Assembly (NCBI GenBank): GCA_031285625.1
Contig: JAITVV010000029.1
Location: 1-64,000, forward strand
Length of the DNA: 64,000 nt
Source: Prevotella sp.
GTDB lineage: Bacteria; Bacteroidota; Bacteroidia; Bacteroidales; Dysgonomonadaceae
Direction: 5' to 3'
Shown: one piece after another, positions 40,566 to 50,442 of the stretch
How the letters are laid out: the number at the start of each line of letters is the position of its first letter
Numbering within the stretch: position 1 is the stretch's first letter
The notes under the pieces: generated by a model
Told to the model about the DNA's origin: nothing
What the model saw: only the letters and a program-made list of their open reading frames with translations
Database searches by the model: none
Position numbers and translations under genes: made by a program

Positions 40566-41810
40566 ATGAAAAAATTACTTTATCTCTTGTTTATACCTTT
40601 TCTCCTTCTCAGTTGTGAGTCCAGAAAAGAGGAGAAAAAAACTGCCGATCGCTTTTTGCGTGTGGCAGGTCCTGATCTTATAAAACCTAATGGGGAGAGA
40701 TTCTTTATTCAGGGAATTAATCTTGGTAACTGGTTAAACCCTGAGGGCTATATGTTTTTCTTCCAGGATGTGAGTTCATACCGCCTGATCAATGATGCCT
40801 TTTGCGAAATGGCAGGGCCTGATTTTACCAAATGGTTCTGGAAAGAATTCAAGAAGAATTATATAACAGAAGATGATATAAAATATATTAAGCAGACAGG
40901 GATGAATTCGATAAGGATTCCATTTCATTACAAGCTTTTTACGAATGAAGATTATATGGGACTTGACGCTAACCACGACGGATTTGAGCTTATGGATCAG
41001 GTTATAGAGTGGTGTCGTCAGCAAGATATGTATGTCATTCTGGATATGCACGATGCTCCGGGAGGACAAACAGGAGACAATATTGATGACAGCTATGGCT
41101 ATCCATGGTTGATGGAAAGTGAGGAGAGCAAAGTACTGTTTTGTGATATCTGGAAAAATGTAGCAGAGCATTATGCAAATGATACAATTATTCTCGGTTA
41201 TGACCTACTGAACGAACCGATAGCGCATTATTTCCTTGAAGACTATGCCCATTTGAATGATTCTTTAGAGCCATTATACAAAAGATGTGTAGAAACGATA
41301 CGCACTGTGGATAAGAATCATATTGTATTACTTGGCGGTGCGCAATGGAATGGTAATTTCAAGGTATTTAAAGATTCCAAATTTGATGATAAACTGATGT
41401 ATACTTGCCACCGTTATTGGTGCGATACATTACAAGCCAATATTCAGGATTTCGTACAATTCAGGGATAGTGTAAACCTGCCTATGTATATGGGAGAGAC
41501 AGGTGAGAATAACGATCAATGGATTGCAGGCTGGACACGCCTGATGGAGCGAAACAATATAGGCTGGCACTACTGGCCATATAAGAAAATGGTGCCAAAC
41601 AGCTGTATGGTAACCATTCCTACTCCTGAAAACTGGGATATAATCGTTGAATATACCAAGATGGATAGGGGCAGCTTAGCTAAAGTACGTGAAGCTAGAC
41701 CGGATCAGGCAACAGTTAGAAAAGCAATGACTGACTTGCTTGAGAATATGAAATTCAATAACTGTGTAAAAAATGCAGGATATATATCGGCGCTGGGCAT
41801 GAAGCCTTAG
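40566..41810 (+). CDS. Glycoside hydrolase family 5 lipoprotein
   Basis: GINLGNWLNPEGYM, ILDMHDAPGGQ, LLNEP (acid/base), MGETG (nucleophile), WPYK. Confidence 0.9.
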   Translation: MKKLLYLLFIPFLLLSCESRKEEKKTADRFLRVAGPDLIKPNGERFFIQGINLGNWLNPEGYMFFFQDVSSYRLINDAFCEMAGPDFTKWFWKEFKKNYITEDDIKYIKQTGMNSIRIPFHYKLFTNEDYMGLDANHDGFELMDQVIEWCRQQDMYVILDMHDAPGGQTGDNIDDSYGYPWLMESEESKVLFCDIWKNVAEHYANDTIILGYDLLNEPIAHYFLEDYAHLNDSLEPLYKRCVETIRTVDKNHIVLLGGAQWNGNFKVFKDSKFDDKLMYTCHRYWCDTLQANIQDFVQFRDSVNLPMYMGETGENNDQWIAGWTRLMERNNIGWHYWPYKKMVPNSCMVTIPTPENWDIIVEYTKMDRGSLAKVREARPDQATVRKAMTDLLENMKFNNCVKNAGYISALGMKP

Positions 41811-41896
41811 CTGAAAAACTAAATCTCTTCGCTTAGTGATTAAGCGTATTGTAAATGGAGGTTGAAAAAGGGGTTATCTTGCTGGGGTAATCCCTT

Positions 41897-42253
41897 TTAT
41901 TTATCCTCTTCCTGCTCTTTCTTATACGCCATGGGTAAGGCAACAGAGCAGTAGAGAGTAAGTACAGCGGCAATAAGCAATGTTACTACCCATCCGCTCA
42001 TATCTATAAACATCAGGTAAGTGGAAACACACATCAGCAATACGGAAAGTATCTGAATATTGAATAACCGTTTCCCGCGCAGGCTTTTTCCCGGATATGG
42101 AGTTGTGAACGTTATAGCAGCGTATCCGGAAACACCTGCTACCATTACAAATTTAGCAATGTCGGGACGGAAGAAGTAAGTTGCAGCTGCTATAAGAATA
42201 AGAATAGCGGATATTTGAAAAATTATATTTTTAAGCTTTGTATTTTGCTTCAT
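41897..42253 (-). CDS. Small four-TM hypothetical membrane protein
   Basis: Four hydrophobic stretches; 8 nt downstream of the septum-initiator gene. Confidence 0.7.
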   Translation of the reverse strand: MKQNTKLKNIIFQISAILILIAAATYFFRPDIAKFVMVAGVSGYAAITFTTPYPGKSLRGKRLFNIQILSVLLMCVSTYLMFIDMSGWVVTLLIAAVLTLYCSVALPMAYKKEQEEDK

Positions 42254-42261
42254 TACACAGA

Positions 42262-42564
42262 TTATTCTACAATGAAAACATCTTCATTTTCTTTTTTCAT
42301 CAGATAATTTTCACGGGCAAACTTTTCGATGCGGTCTTTGTCTGATTCCAGTAGTTTAAGTTTTTGCTTATCTTCCTCTGTCTGATTGCGATAGTGATCA
42401 ATTTGTCCGTTTAGTTCCATTATTTTCGCATCATAGCCAAACCGTGCAAAAATATTGCTATCGGTAATAAAGAATGCGAAAAGAATGATTACCAATATAA
42501 TAAGTAGCTGTACTTTTGTATATCTGGTAATAAGATAATTGAATATCGATCGAAAAAATTTCAT
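42262..42564 (-). CDS. Septum formation initiator (FtsB/DivIC family)
   Basis: TM helix, coiled coil, IEKFARENYLMKKENEDVF. Confidence 0.85.
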   Translation of the reverse strand: MKFFRSIFNYLITRYTKVQLLIILVIILFAFFITDSNIFARFGYDAKIMELNGQIDHYRNQTEEDKQKLKLLESDKDRIEKFARENYLMKKENEDVFIVE

Positions 42565-42610
42565 AAACTGAAAAAAATTAAGTCAATGCTATTTCATTAA
42601 ACTCATGTTG

Positions 42611-42626
42611 CAAAGATATATATTTG
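42611..42626. promoter_or_regulatory. Abutting divergent -7 elements
   Basis: CAAAGATA (TATCTTTG on minus) immediately followed by TATATTTG (plus). Confidence 0.55.
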
Positions 42627-42660
42627 TAGTTGTAAATTAAAGAAATAAGGTTAAAAGATA

Positions 42661-43416
42661 ATGAGTGGAATAGAAAAAATAAAAGAATTCAGCAGGCTTT
42701 TATATGAAAAATCAAATGGTATTTTTTTAGATCCTGCTGACGAAGATATAGGAAAAACAATTTGTGAAATCAAACTTTCTTCCGATATAGTATTGATTCT
42801 ACCACGTACAAAAGACTTGTCGAATATCCGGTTTTATAAAAATGTGAAGATTATAGAAATCAACAACTATAAGTTAGATAAAGCTAAATATAAAATATTG
42901 GAGCAAAACGCAGATTTGCTGGAGCAGGTAACACACTTACGAATATGGAATAACAAGCAGGACGATTTGGGCTTGTTGAAACTATTTCCTAATCTGACTC
43001 ATTTGCAGATTTCTTATATCAGAAAAGATCATTCTTTCTTTAAAGAGCTTGAGTCACTTCGCCATTTGCAGGTGTTGTGGTTGTTCAGCCTTTCAAGATT
43101 AGAAAATTTACAATTTCTAGAATATGTAAAAAGTGATTTGGTAGCGTTGGGGATAGAATCTACCAAAACGCTGAAAAGCTTCTCCGGTTTGGAGAATATT
43201 CCTTCCTTACAGTTTCTTTCTATGTGGGGTTCTACTTACGAAAGCGCAAAGTTTATTACATTGGATAATCTGGATGGAATAGAAACATTGTCAAATTTAA
43301 CCGAACTGGAGATTAAGTTCTATAGATTTGATATAGATGATTTGAAACATAGGCTAAAAGGATTGAAATATCTAAAGAGTTATACAGTAGATAAAAATAT
43401 CTATCAGAATAGTTAA
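42661..43416 (+). CDS. Leucine-rich-repeat protein
   Basis: Repeated LxxLxHLxL/LxxLxL units (FPNLTHLQI, LRHLQVLWL, LSNLTELEI). Confidence 0.7.
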   Translation: MSGIEKIKEFSRLLYEKSNGIFLDPADEDIGKTICEIKLSSDIVLILPRTKDLSNIRFYKNVKIIEINNYKLDKAKYKILEQNADLLEQVTHLRIWNNKQDDLGLLKLFPNLTHLQISYIRKDHSFFKELESLRHLQVLWLFSLSRLENLQFLEYVKSDLVALGIESTKTLKSFSGLENIPSLQFLSMWGSTYESAKFITLDNLDGIETLSNLTELEIKFYRFDIDDLKHRLKGLKYLKSYTVDKNIYQNS

Positions 43417-43417
43417 A

Positions 43418-44317
43418 ATGGCAAAGGAAGATAATATAGCAAAAAAATATAGGAACTATCTGCTTTTGGAAAAGTCGTTGTCGCCTAATTCTATCGATGC
43501 TTATCTGACCGATCTGGCTAAACTTTCGGACTTCCTCGAAAACGAGAATCTGAAAGTGGAAGATATTACCCTCGATAATCTTCAACAGTTTGTCGCACAG
43601 CTTTATGATATCGGAATCAATGCCCGGTCTGTAGCTCGTATCATTTCAGGGATAAAGTCTTTCTATAACTTTTTGGTGCTGGATGGTTATATGCAAACAG
43701 ACCCGACAGAATTGCTGGAAACGCCAAAGATCGGTTTGAAATTACCAACCGTCCTTTCTCTTGATGAAATTGAAAAACTAATGTCCGTAATTGATTTATC
43801 CACAAAAGAAGGGCAGCGCAATAGAGCCATTCTCGAAACACTGTATAGTTGCGGATTACGTATTTCGGAGTTGACCAAACTAAAATTTTCAGACTTATTT
43901 TTTGATGAGGGTTTTATCAAAGTGGAAGGTAAAGGGAGTAAGCAACGCCTTGTTCCTATTTCGCATACAGCGATAAAAGAGATAGAGAAGTTTTTATATT
44001 ATCGCAGGGAAATAAATGTGAAGAAAGGTTCGGAAGATGCTTTGTTTTTAAGTAACCGTGGTACCCCGATCTCACGCATTATGGTTTTCCATTTTATAAA
44101 AGAATATGCCATACAGGCAGGGATAAAGAAAACAATCAGTCCGCATACGTTTCGCCATTCATTTGCAACTCATTTGCTTGAAGGTGGAGCAAATATCCGT
44201 GCAATACAATTGATGCTGGGCCATGAAAAAATTACCACGACTGAGATATATACTCATATGGACAGGGAATATCTGCGGCAGGAGATCATAGAGCATCATC
44301 CTCGCAATAAGGTATAA
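43418..44317 (+). CDS. xerD: Site-specific tyrosine recombinase XerD
   Basis: LYSCGLRISE, GKGSKQRLVP, HTFRHSFATHLLEGGA, LGHE..TTEIYTH. Confidence 0.88.
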   Translation: MAKEDNIAKKYRNYLLLEKSLSPNSIDAYLTDLAKLSDFLENENLKVEDITLDNLQQFVAQLYDIGINARSVARIISGIKSFYNFLVLDGYMQTDPTELLETPKIGLKLPTVLSLDEIEKLMSVIDLSTKEGQRNRAILETLYSCGLRISELTKLKFSDLFFDEGFIKVEGKGSKQRLVPISHTAIKEIEKFLYYRREINVKKGSEDALFLSNRGTPISRIMVFHFIKEYAIQAGIKKTISPHTFRHSFATHLLEGGANIRAIQLMLGHEKITTTEIYTHMDREYLRQEIIEHHPRNKV

Positions 44318-44389
44318 AAATTGAACCGCCCATAGTGATATCCAAGGGCGGCTCTTGCTTCATTGCTGCTTGTTAAATGTCTGTCAATA

Positions 44390-46330
44390 TTAGTGTTGTG
44401 TAATTCCCTTCCAATTGTCTGTTCTGAATGGTGTTGCCGGTAATCCTTCTTTATTGAACAGGTTCACATCCGGATTATTCGACCATGAATAGCGTACAGC
44501 TACCGGATTGGCTACTTTATCTGAATATACAACAACCTTATTCCCATCAAGATATGCTTTTGCCCATTCAAAATTTTGGTCGGCTCCTGCTATTGCAAAA
44601 CCTTCTATGTATCCGTATTTATTATTTACAGATAGCCCTTGCCCTATATTATTATACTCAATAATAGCTTTTTTACCTTCAATATTCATTGCTTTGAAAG
44701 TAGGACCTGAATATACAATATCTGTTTTACCATAATCCTTGTTCAGAGCGATAAGTGCAAGGCGTAGGCCTACATCCTGCTTGTTGCGAGGGTGTATATC
44801 ATCGGCATCGCCAATGTCTGTGATTACAGCCTGCCCGGTCTGAGGTAATGAGAGCGTCATTGTTTGTGCTTCACGCAATTCGGCCCATTCACTATCTTTT
44901 GGTGTATTATCTTTTGCCATAAAGTTGGCCAGTTGTACCCAGTAGAAAGGAAATTCATAGCCCCATTTTTCACGCCAGTTGTTTATCATGGTAGGGAATA
45001 GTGTACGGTAATTATATGCCTGTGATGCATTATTCTCTCCTTGATACCAGATAGCGCCCTTGATAGATAGTTGCGTAATAGGGTTTATCATGGCATTGTA
45101 GAGTAGGGAATAATACATATTAGGAGACATGTCAATGTAGTTGAACATTTTATTTGTAACTGCTTCTTTGTATAACCATTCTCCTGCCAGTGGATATTCA
45201 CCATTTTGTGTTCTCAGATATATATCATCAGCTTTTCCATAAATGCCTCCGCCACCGCTATAATCTGTTACCTTTATGATTATGGTATTTTCTCCTGCCT
45301 TGAGTACGTTTGCAGGAATTTCATAAACTCTGTTTGTTGCATAGCCTGCTGTTTCGCCAACTTTTATACCATTTATCCATGTGATGTCATTATCATCGAT
45401 TGGCCCTAGTTGAATTGTTGCGGCTTTTCCTTCATCCTCTTTTGGCAGAGTAAGGTTATATCTGAACCATATTATTCCGTCTACATTACCTAGTACATTT
45501 TCCCATAACTGAGGTATCTGCATTTTTTGCCAGTCCGATATATTGGTTGATGGTTCATACCAATTGCCGCTCAGTCCCGGATCATTGTTCATTGCCTCTA
45601 CATATTTAGCCCTGCTTATTTCGTTATCTTTGGCCTGCAGGTCAAAATTTGTGATATCTATGCTTTTGTATCTTTCCCTGAATTGTTGAGGAAGTTTGCT
45701 AAAGGCATCAGCGCTTGTCCATGTCTCTATATCTGTTCCACCCCACGAAGAATTGATGATACCCACAGGCATATTTAGTTCTTTATTCAATTTACGAGCA
45801 AAGAAATAAGCTACAGCGGAGAAATTGGCAACAGTATGAGGTGAACATACCTGCCATGCGCCATTTAGCTCGTCTTTAGGTTTTGTACTTATATCTTTAT
45901 CTACATTGAATGTCCGTATCTGGGGGTGATTAGCCTCTCTTATTTCGGTAGTGGCATTCATTATGTTCTCTACTGTCCATTCCATGTTGGACTGACCCGA
46001 GCATAACCAGACTTCTCCTACAAGAATATTATCGAAAGAAATTTTATTGTTCTTTCCTTTCACTTCCATAGTATAAGGGCCGCCATATGCTACCGGATCG
46101 AGAAGTAAAATCCAGTTGCCGTTCTTATCTGCTTTTACTTTTTTTGTCTGATTGATAAAGCTGACCTCTACGGTTTCATTTTTGTCTGCCCATCCCCATA
46201 TTTTTATAGGTTTATCACGTTGCAGTACCATATTGTCAGAGAAGATACGAGGCAATTTAACTTCTGCATGTAAGTTTGCCAAAACTAAGCTGAAACAGCA
46301 AAGAAAAAAGAGTTTGATGTTTTTATTCAT
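44390..46330 (-). CDS. Sialate O-acetylesterase family protein with an inserted beta-sandwich domain
   Basis: DNMVLQR, CSGQSNM, WGGT, WYQGE, DIHPRNK, PFRTD. Confidence 0.9.
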   Translation of the reverse strand: MNKNIKLFFLCCFSLVLANLHAEVKLPRIFSDNMVLQRDKPIKIWGWADKNETVEVSFINQTKKVKADKNGNWILLLDPVAYGGPYTMEVKGKNNKISFDNILVGEVWLCSGQSNMEWTVENIMNATTEIREANHPQIRTFNVDKDISTKPKDELNGAWQVCSPHTVANFSAVAYFFARKLNKELNMPVGIINSSWGGTDIETWTSADAFSKLPQQFRERYKSIDITNFDLQAKDNEISRAKYVEAMNNDPGLSGNWYEPSTNISDWQKMQIPQLWENVLGNVDGIIWFRYNLTLPKEDEGKAATIQLGPIDDNDITWINGIKVGETAGYATNRVYEIPANVLKAGENTIIIKVTDYSGGGGIYGKADDIYLRTQNGEYPLAGEWLYKEAVTNKMFNYIDMSPNMYYSLLYNAMINPITQLSIKGAIWYQGENNASQAYNYRTLFPTMINNWREKWGYEFPFYWVQLANFMAKDNTPKDSEWAELREAQTMTLSLPQTGQAVITDIGDADDIHPRNKQDVGLRLALIALNKDYGKTDIVYSGPTFKAMNIEGKKAIIEYNNIGQGLSVNNKYGYIEGFAIAGADQNFEWAKAYLDGNKVVVYSDKVANPVAVRYSWSNNPDVNLFNKEGLPATPFRTDNWKGITQH

Positions 46331-46489
46331 GGTGTGTGTATTAGACAGCGTAAGTAAAAGAGATTATTTAATGCAACATTATTTAACCGACTATTGCTGT
46401 TGCAGATACAAAAGTAATAAATAGGTCTGAGACCTTAAAATAAATATTAAAAATCTATTTAGATAATTTTGATAGGTATATAAATTTAA

Positions 46490-46519
46490 AAAACCGATAC
46501 ATTTTAGTATATCGGTTTT
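46490..46519. terminator. Probable terminator
   Basis: AAAACCGATA/TATCGGTTTT. Confidence 0.55.
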
Positions 46520-46546
46520 CATTTTTAATCTAACTGAATATCAAAT

Positions 46547-46852
46547 TTATTTCTTTGATTTGCTATTCCATTCTTTTTTAGCATCGCTCTTTAGTGTATT
46601 AGCATCTTTTTTAGCATTCTGAATATCACTTTTAGCATCCTTCTTCGCAGTTTTTACTTCTGCACCAGCTCCCTTTTCAACTTTCTTCATATCAGATTTT
46701 GCATCTTTTTTAGCTTCGCCCAATTCAGTTTTAGCTTTTTGGCTTTCTGTTTTTATTTCTTGTTTAGCTTTAGGAAGTACACCTTGAGCCATCATATTTG
46801 CAGAAGCAAACAGAGCAACTGCTATAATACCTGAGAGAATAATCTTTTTCAT
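46547..46852 (-). CDS. Small secreted Lys/Ala-rich protein with 11-aa repeats
   Basis: Signal peptide MKKIILSG..., repeated AKKDAKSD-type units. Confidence 0.7.
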   Translation of the reverse strand: MKKIILSGIIAVALFASANMMAQGVLPKAKQEIKTESQKAKTELGEAKKDAKSDMKKVEKGAGAEVKTAKKDAKSDIQNAKKDANTLKSDAKKEWNSKSKK

Positions 46853-47111
46853 AATTTTAATTTCTAATATTGTTTTAGAATTGAAACTTAATTCTGTCAT
46901 AAAACACAGAGATATTTCGCTTTGTTTTTGAAGAAGCCTGAATTATTTATCCTCTCTTGTGTAAATATTGCTAAAGAATATTTACGATATTTAAAATGGC
47001 TGATTAGGATATTCTTAATTACATATTTTACTCTTTTCATTACCGAAACAAAAAAAGTCTATCTTTGTTATAATATTCGGATTCCAACTAAAAAAAATAT
47101 TTTAAGTTCAT

Positions 47112-48959
47112 ATGAATTACTTCAACTATAAAAGACGTTTGTCATCCGAAACCAGAATAGGAAATACTCCTCTTGGCGGAAATAATCCTATCCGGGTGCA
47201 ATCGATGACTAATACCAATACAAACGATACTGAGGCTAGTGCCGAGCAGGTTATTAAAATAGTACAGGCCGGTGCCGATTATGTCCGCCTGACAGCTCAG
47301 GGTGTGCGTGAAGCTGAAAATCTGAAGAATATAAAAGATGTGGTAAGAGGGCAGGGATACAATACTCCTCTTATTGCAGATATACACTTCAATCCGCGTG
47401 CGGCGGAATCTGCAGCCCGGATAGTGGAGAAAGTCCGGGTAAATCCGGGTAACTTTGTGGACAGGGTGAAAACTTTTGCTACATTCGAATATACTGACGA
47501 AGAATATGCTCAGGAAATAGACAAAATTAGAGCTAAGCTTGTTCCGTTAATCGATATATGTAAAGAGCATAAGACCGCGATTCGTATAGGTGTGAATCAC
47601 GGCTCCTTATCAGACCGTATTATGAGCCGTTATGGCGATACCCCTGAGGGTATGGTGGAATCGTGTATGGAATTCCTGCATATATGTATTAATGAAGGTT
47701 TTAAGGATATTGTGATTTCTATGAAGACTTCCAATACTGTGGTTATGTCAAAAGCGGTACGGTTACTTATCGACAGAATGGAGAAAGAGGGACTTAGTTT
47801 CCCTTTACACCTGGGTGTAACCGAGGCCGGGGATGGAGAAGATGGACGAATAAAGTCGGCAGTAGGTATTGGCTCTCTTCTTTCGGATGGGATAGGCGAT
47901 ACTATACGTGTCTCACTTAGCGAAGATCCGGAACTGGAGGTTCCGGTTGCCCGTAAGCTGGTGGCTTATATGAAACAAAAGGAAAACCATCCTGAAATAA
48001 TAGCCAAGGCAAGTGATAAATTCTCTCCTTTCTCTACTGATCGTAGAGAAACCTATGTAGTGGGTAATATTGGCGGTGATAGTGTACCTGTGGTAATATC
48101 CGACCGTTCGCATGGAAATTTTGAGCTGAATAGCCACTTCCTGCCTGATTATATATATGTAGGAAAAGAGCTGCCTGTTGGGGCTCCACGTGCGATACCT
48201 TCTATTATAGATATTGAAGGTTGGACTGAGGAAAAGAATACATATCCATTGTTTAATAGATCAAATTGGGAGAGGATCAAAGGTACAACTGTAGCTATTA
48301 AATTTCTTCAATTGTCTTATCCTGATCTGGATGATGGTATTATATCTCTATTGAAGGTAGATAAAACGATTGTTCTGATTATAGCCACTGATCATATTAA
48401 TGGAGTCGGTGAGCAACGGGCACTTGTACACACACTGATGAATAATGATTGTGATACCCCGGTTGTTTTTTGCCGCCATTATACTGAGAATGAATCGGAA
48501 GATCTGCAGATAAAAGCCGGTGCGGACTTTGGAACCCTCTATCTTGATGGTTTTGGCAATGGTATTATGTTACAGAATGAAGGAGATATCTCGCAGAAGA
48601 ATATAGATGCTTATATGTTTGGCATTTTGCAGGCATCACGTGTACGTACCAGCAAAACAGAATATATTTCGTGTCCTAGCTGTGGACGTACCTTATTTGA
48701 TTTGCAGACCACCGTTGCTTTAGTAAAGGGAGCTACTTCACATCTGAAGCACCTTAAGATAGGTGTGATGGGTTGTATTGTAAATGGTCCAGGCGAAATG
48801 GCTGATGCCGATTATGGCTATGTAGGTGCTGAAAGAGGCAAAATCTCTTTATACAAGAAGAAGAATCTTATAGATAAGAATATCCCGTCGGAAGAAGCGG
48901 TAGAGAGGCTTGTTCAACTGATAAAAGATAATGGAGACTGGGTGGAACCGGAAAACTGA
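47112..48959 (+). CDS. ispG: 4-hydroxy-3-methylbut-2-en-1-yl diphosphate synthase (long form)
   Basis: RVQSMT, ADIHF, RIGVNHGSL, PLHLGVTEAG, CPSCGR, MGCIVNGPGE; TATCTTTG at 47060-47067. Confidence 0.97.
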   Translation: MNYFNYKRRLSSETRIGNTPLGGNNPIRVQSMTNTNTNDTEASAEQVIKIVQAGADYVRLTAQGVREAENLKNIKDVVRGQGYNTPLIADIHFNPRAAESAARIVEKVRVNPGNFVDRVKTFATFEYTDEEYAQEIDKIRAKLVPLIDICKEHKTAIRIGVNHGSLSDRIMSRYGDTPEGMVESCMEFLHICINEGFKDIVISMKTSNTVVMSKAVRLLIDRMEKEGLSFPLHLGVTEAGDGEDGRIKSAVGIGSLLSDGIGDTIRVSLSEDPELEVPVARKLVAYMKQKENHPEIIAKASDKFSPFSTDRRETYVVGNIGGDSVPVVISDRSHGNFELNSHFLPDYIYVGKELPVGAPRAIPSIIDIEGWTEEKNTYPLFNRSNWERIKGTTVAIKFLQLSYPDLDDGIISLLKVDKTIVLIIATDHINGVGEQRALVHTLMNNDCDTPVVFCRHYTENESEDLQIKAGADFGTLYLDGFGNGIMLQNEGDISQKNIDAYMFGILQASRVRTSKTEYISCPSCGRTLFDLQTTVALVKGATSHLKHLKIGVMGCIVNGPGEMADADYGYVGAERGKISLYKKKNLIDKNIPSEEAVERLVQLIKDNGDWVEPEN

Positions 48960-48968
48960 TAATTAAAG

Positions 48969-48989
48969 AGGAGCAAATAGCTCCTTTTT
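48969..48989. terminator. Terminator between convergent genes
   Basis: AGGAGC/GCTCCT followed by Ts. Confidence 0.5.
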
Positions 48990-49004
48990 AATTTATATAG
49001 TATC

Positions 49005-50081
49005 TCACTTCAGCTGTAATCCCTTTATCACTTTTTGTATTTCGGCTTCTTTGTTGATTTTGTAATCATTATCCAGATACGCTATCTTGTCGTTTTTGTC
49101 AATAATTACAGTAATTCTGTTACAGTATCCTACGGGATTATATGCCCCAAAAGCTGAAGCAATCGAATAATCCGCATCATTTATATATTGTATATGATGT
49201 GTACCAAGGACAGCTTTCCAGTTATTCAATATTTCGGGAGTAGATTCGGATATGGCATAATATCTTACACCCGGATTATTTAGTTGTATCTTGTCTAAAG
49301 ATGATATTTGTATAGCACACGACATCATAGACAGGCGTTCCATTGAAATCCTTCTTGCCATATTGTTCACGTCGAATACTCCGCTATATGCTGCCGGATA
49401 GAATGTAAGAACGCGTATACCATCATTGATCCCTTTTTTAAGAATAATATCCGGAGCCTGATCTCCTACTTTAAGATTGTTGTTATCGACCGGTCTTGGA
49501 TAAGTCATGCCTAACAGCTCTTTAATTTTATATTCTAATGGTTTCAGATGTTCACCCTGACCTCGGTAATCATTATCCCGCCAGACAATGTTATTATCTT
49601 TATCAAGTAGAAAGAGAACCGAGCTGTCATTATAATCATCGAAGGGAGTAATATTTAGTTTCGACAACAATTCCTCACTTGTATCTTTAATATGCATCCC
49701 TGTAGTATCGAAAAGGTTTATCAGTAAAGATTTTGTATTTCCAACACCTGATAATAAAGCCAGTTGTATACTTGCCTCACCTTCTGCAGTTGAATGATAT
49801 TTCAGTTCATTATTACTTCCCGTCAGGATAATATCTATATCAGCTAAAGATCTGTCTTCAGGGTTAAAAGCAAGTTTTTGTACAAAGTAGTTTTTAAAGG
49901 CTTGGACAATCATCGAGGCATATTCTGTAGAGTCGGATACAGACGGCATAAAAACAATGATTTTGGGTTTTCCCGAATTTTCCAATCCGTCTTCAATTTC
50001 AGCGACCGGAAACTTTTCATATCCTTTGCAGGAAACTGTTAATAGGAATAAGGTTGATAGAATAATTACTAATCTGCCCAT
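49005..50081 (-). CDS. Lipoprotein with redoxin (AhpC/TSA)-like domain(s)
   Basis: Lipobox TVSC, LKVGDQAPD, VLTFYPAAYS, AFGAY...RITVIIDK. Confidence 0.65.
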   Translation of the reverse strand: MGRLVIILSTLFLLTVSCKGYEKFPVAEIEDGLENSGKPKIIVFMPSVSDSTEYASMIVQAFKNYFVQKLAFNPEDRSLADIDIILTGSNNELKYHSTAEGEASIQLALLSGVGNTKSLLINLFDTTGMHIKDTSEELLSKLNITPFDDYNDSSVLFLLDKDNNIVWRDNDYRGQGEHLKPLEYKIKELLGMTYPRPVDNNNLKVGDQAPDIILKKGINDGIRVLTFYPAAYSGVFDVNNMARRISMERLSMMSCAIQISSLDKIQLNNPGVRYYAISESTPEILNNWKAVLGTHHIQYINDADYSIASAFGAYNPVGYCNRITVIIDKNDKIAYLDNDYKINKEAEIQKVIKGLQLK

Positions 50082-50238
50082 AATTATATTTTTTAATTAT
50101 AGCGTAAATCTACATATAAGAAATATTTTTATCTGAGCAGAATGGGTGAGTCGCATATATGAAATGGTGAACTAAGTATTAAAAGTTATAAAGGATAATT
50201 CCTTAGATTTATCTATTATAGGTTAACGTTATCGAATA

Positions 50239-50287
50239 AAAAGTAACACTGAAAACTATATAAAAGTGTCACTTTTGTCACTTTTTA
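50239..50287 (+). repeat. Dispersed TGTCAC motif, copy C
   Basis: AAAAGTAACACTGAAAACTATATAAAAGTGTCACTTTTGTCACTTTTTA. Confidence 0.7.
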
Positions 50288-50442
50288 TGATGATCATTTA
50301 ATAGATATATTACAGGCCATCGTAACAATAATTTAACCGGAATATATTCTGTTTTTATGTTAAATGAGTGTAACTTTGTCTCTTTTTATATAACTATTAT
50401 AGGTATTAAATCGTTAAACTGAGATATAAACAATATATAAGA

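Noticed and set aside
43418-44317. Tyrosine recombinase as a prophage or ICE integrase, or as an invertase for the SusC loci
   Set aside because: Length and motifs fit housekeeping XerD; no phage or conjugation genes, att-like repeats or invertible-promoter repeats were seen.
47112-48959. Unusually long IspG (615 aa)
   Set aside because: The long form with an inserted domain is normal for Bacteroidetes.
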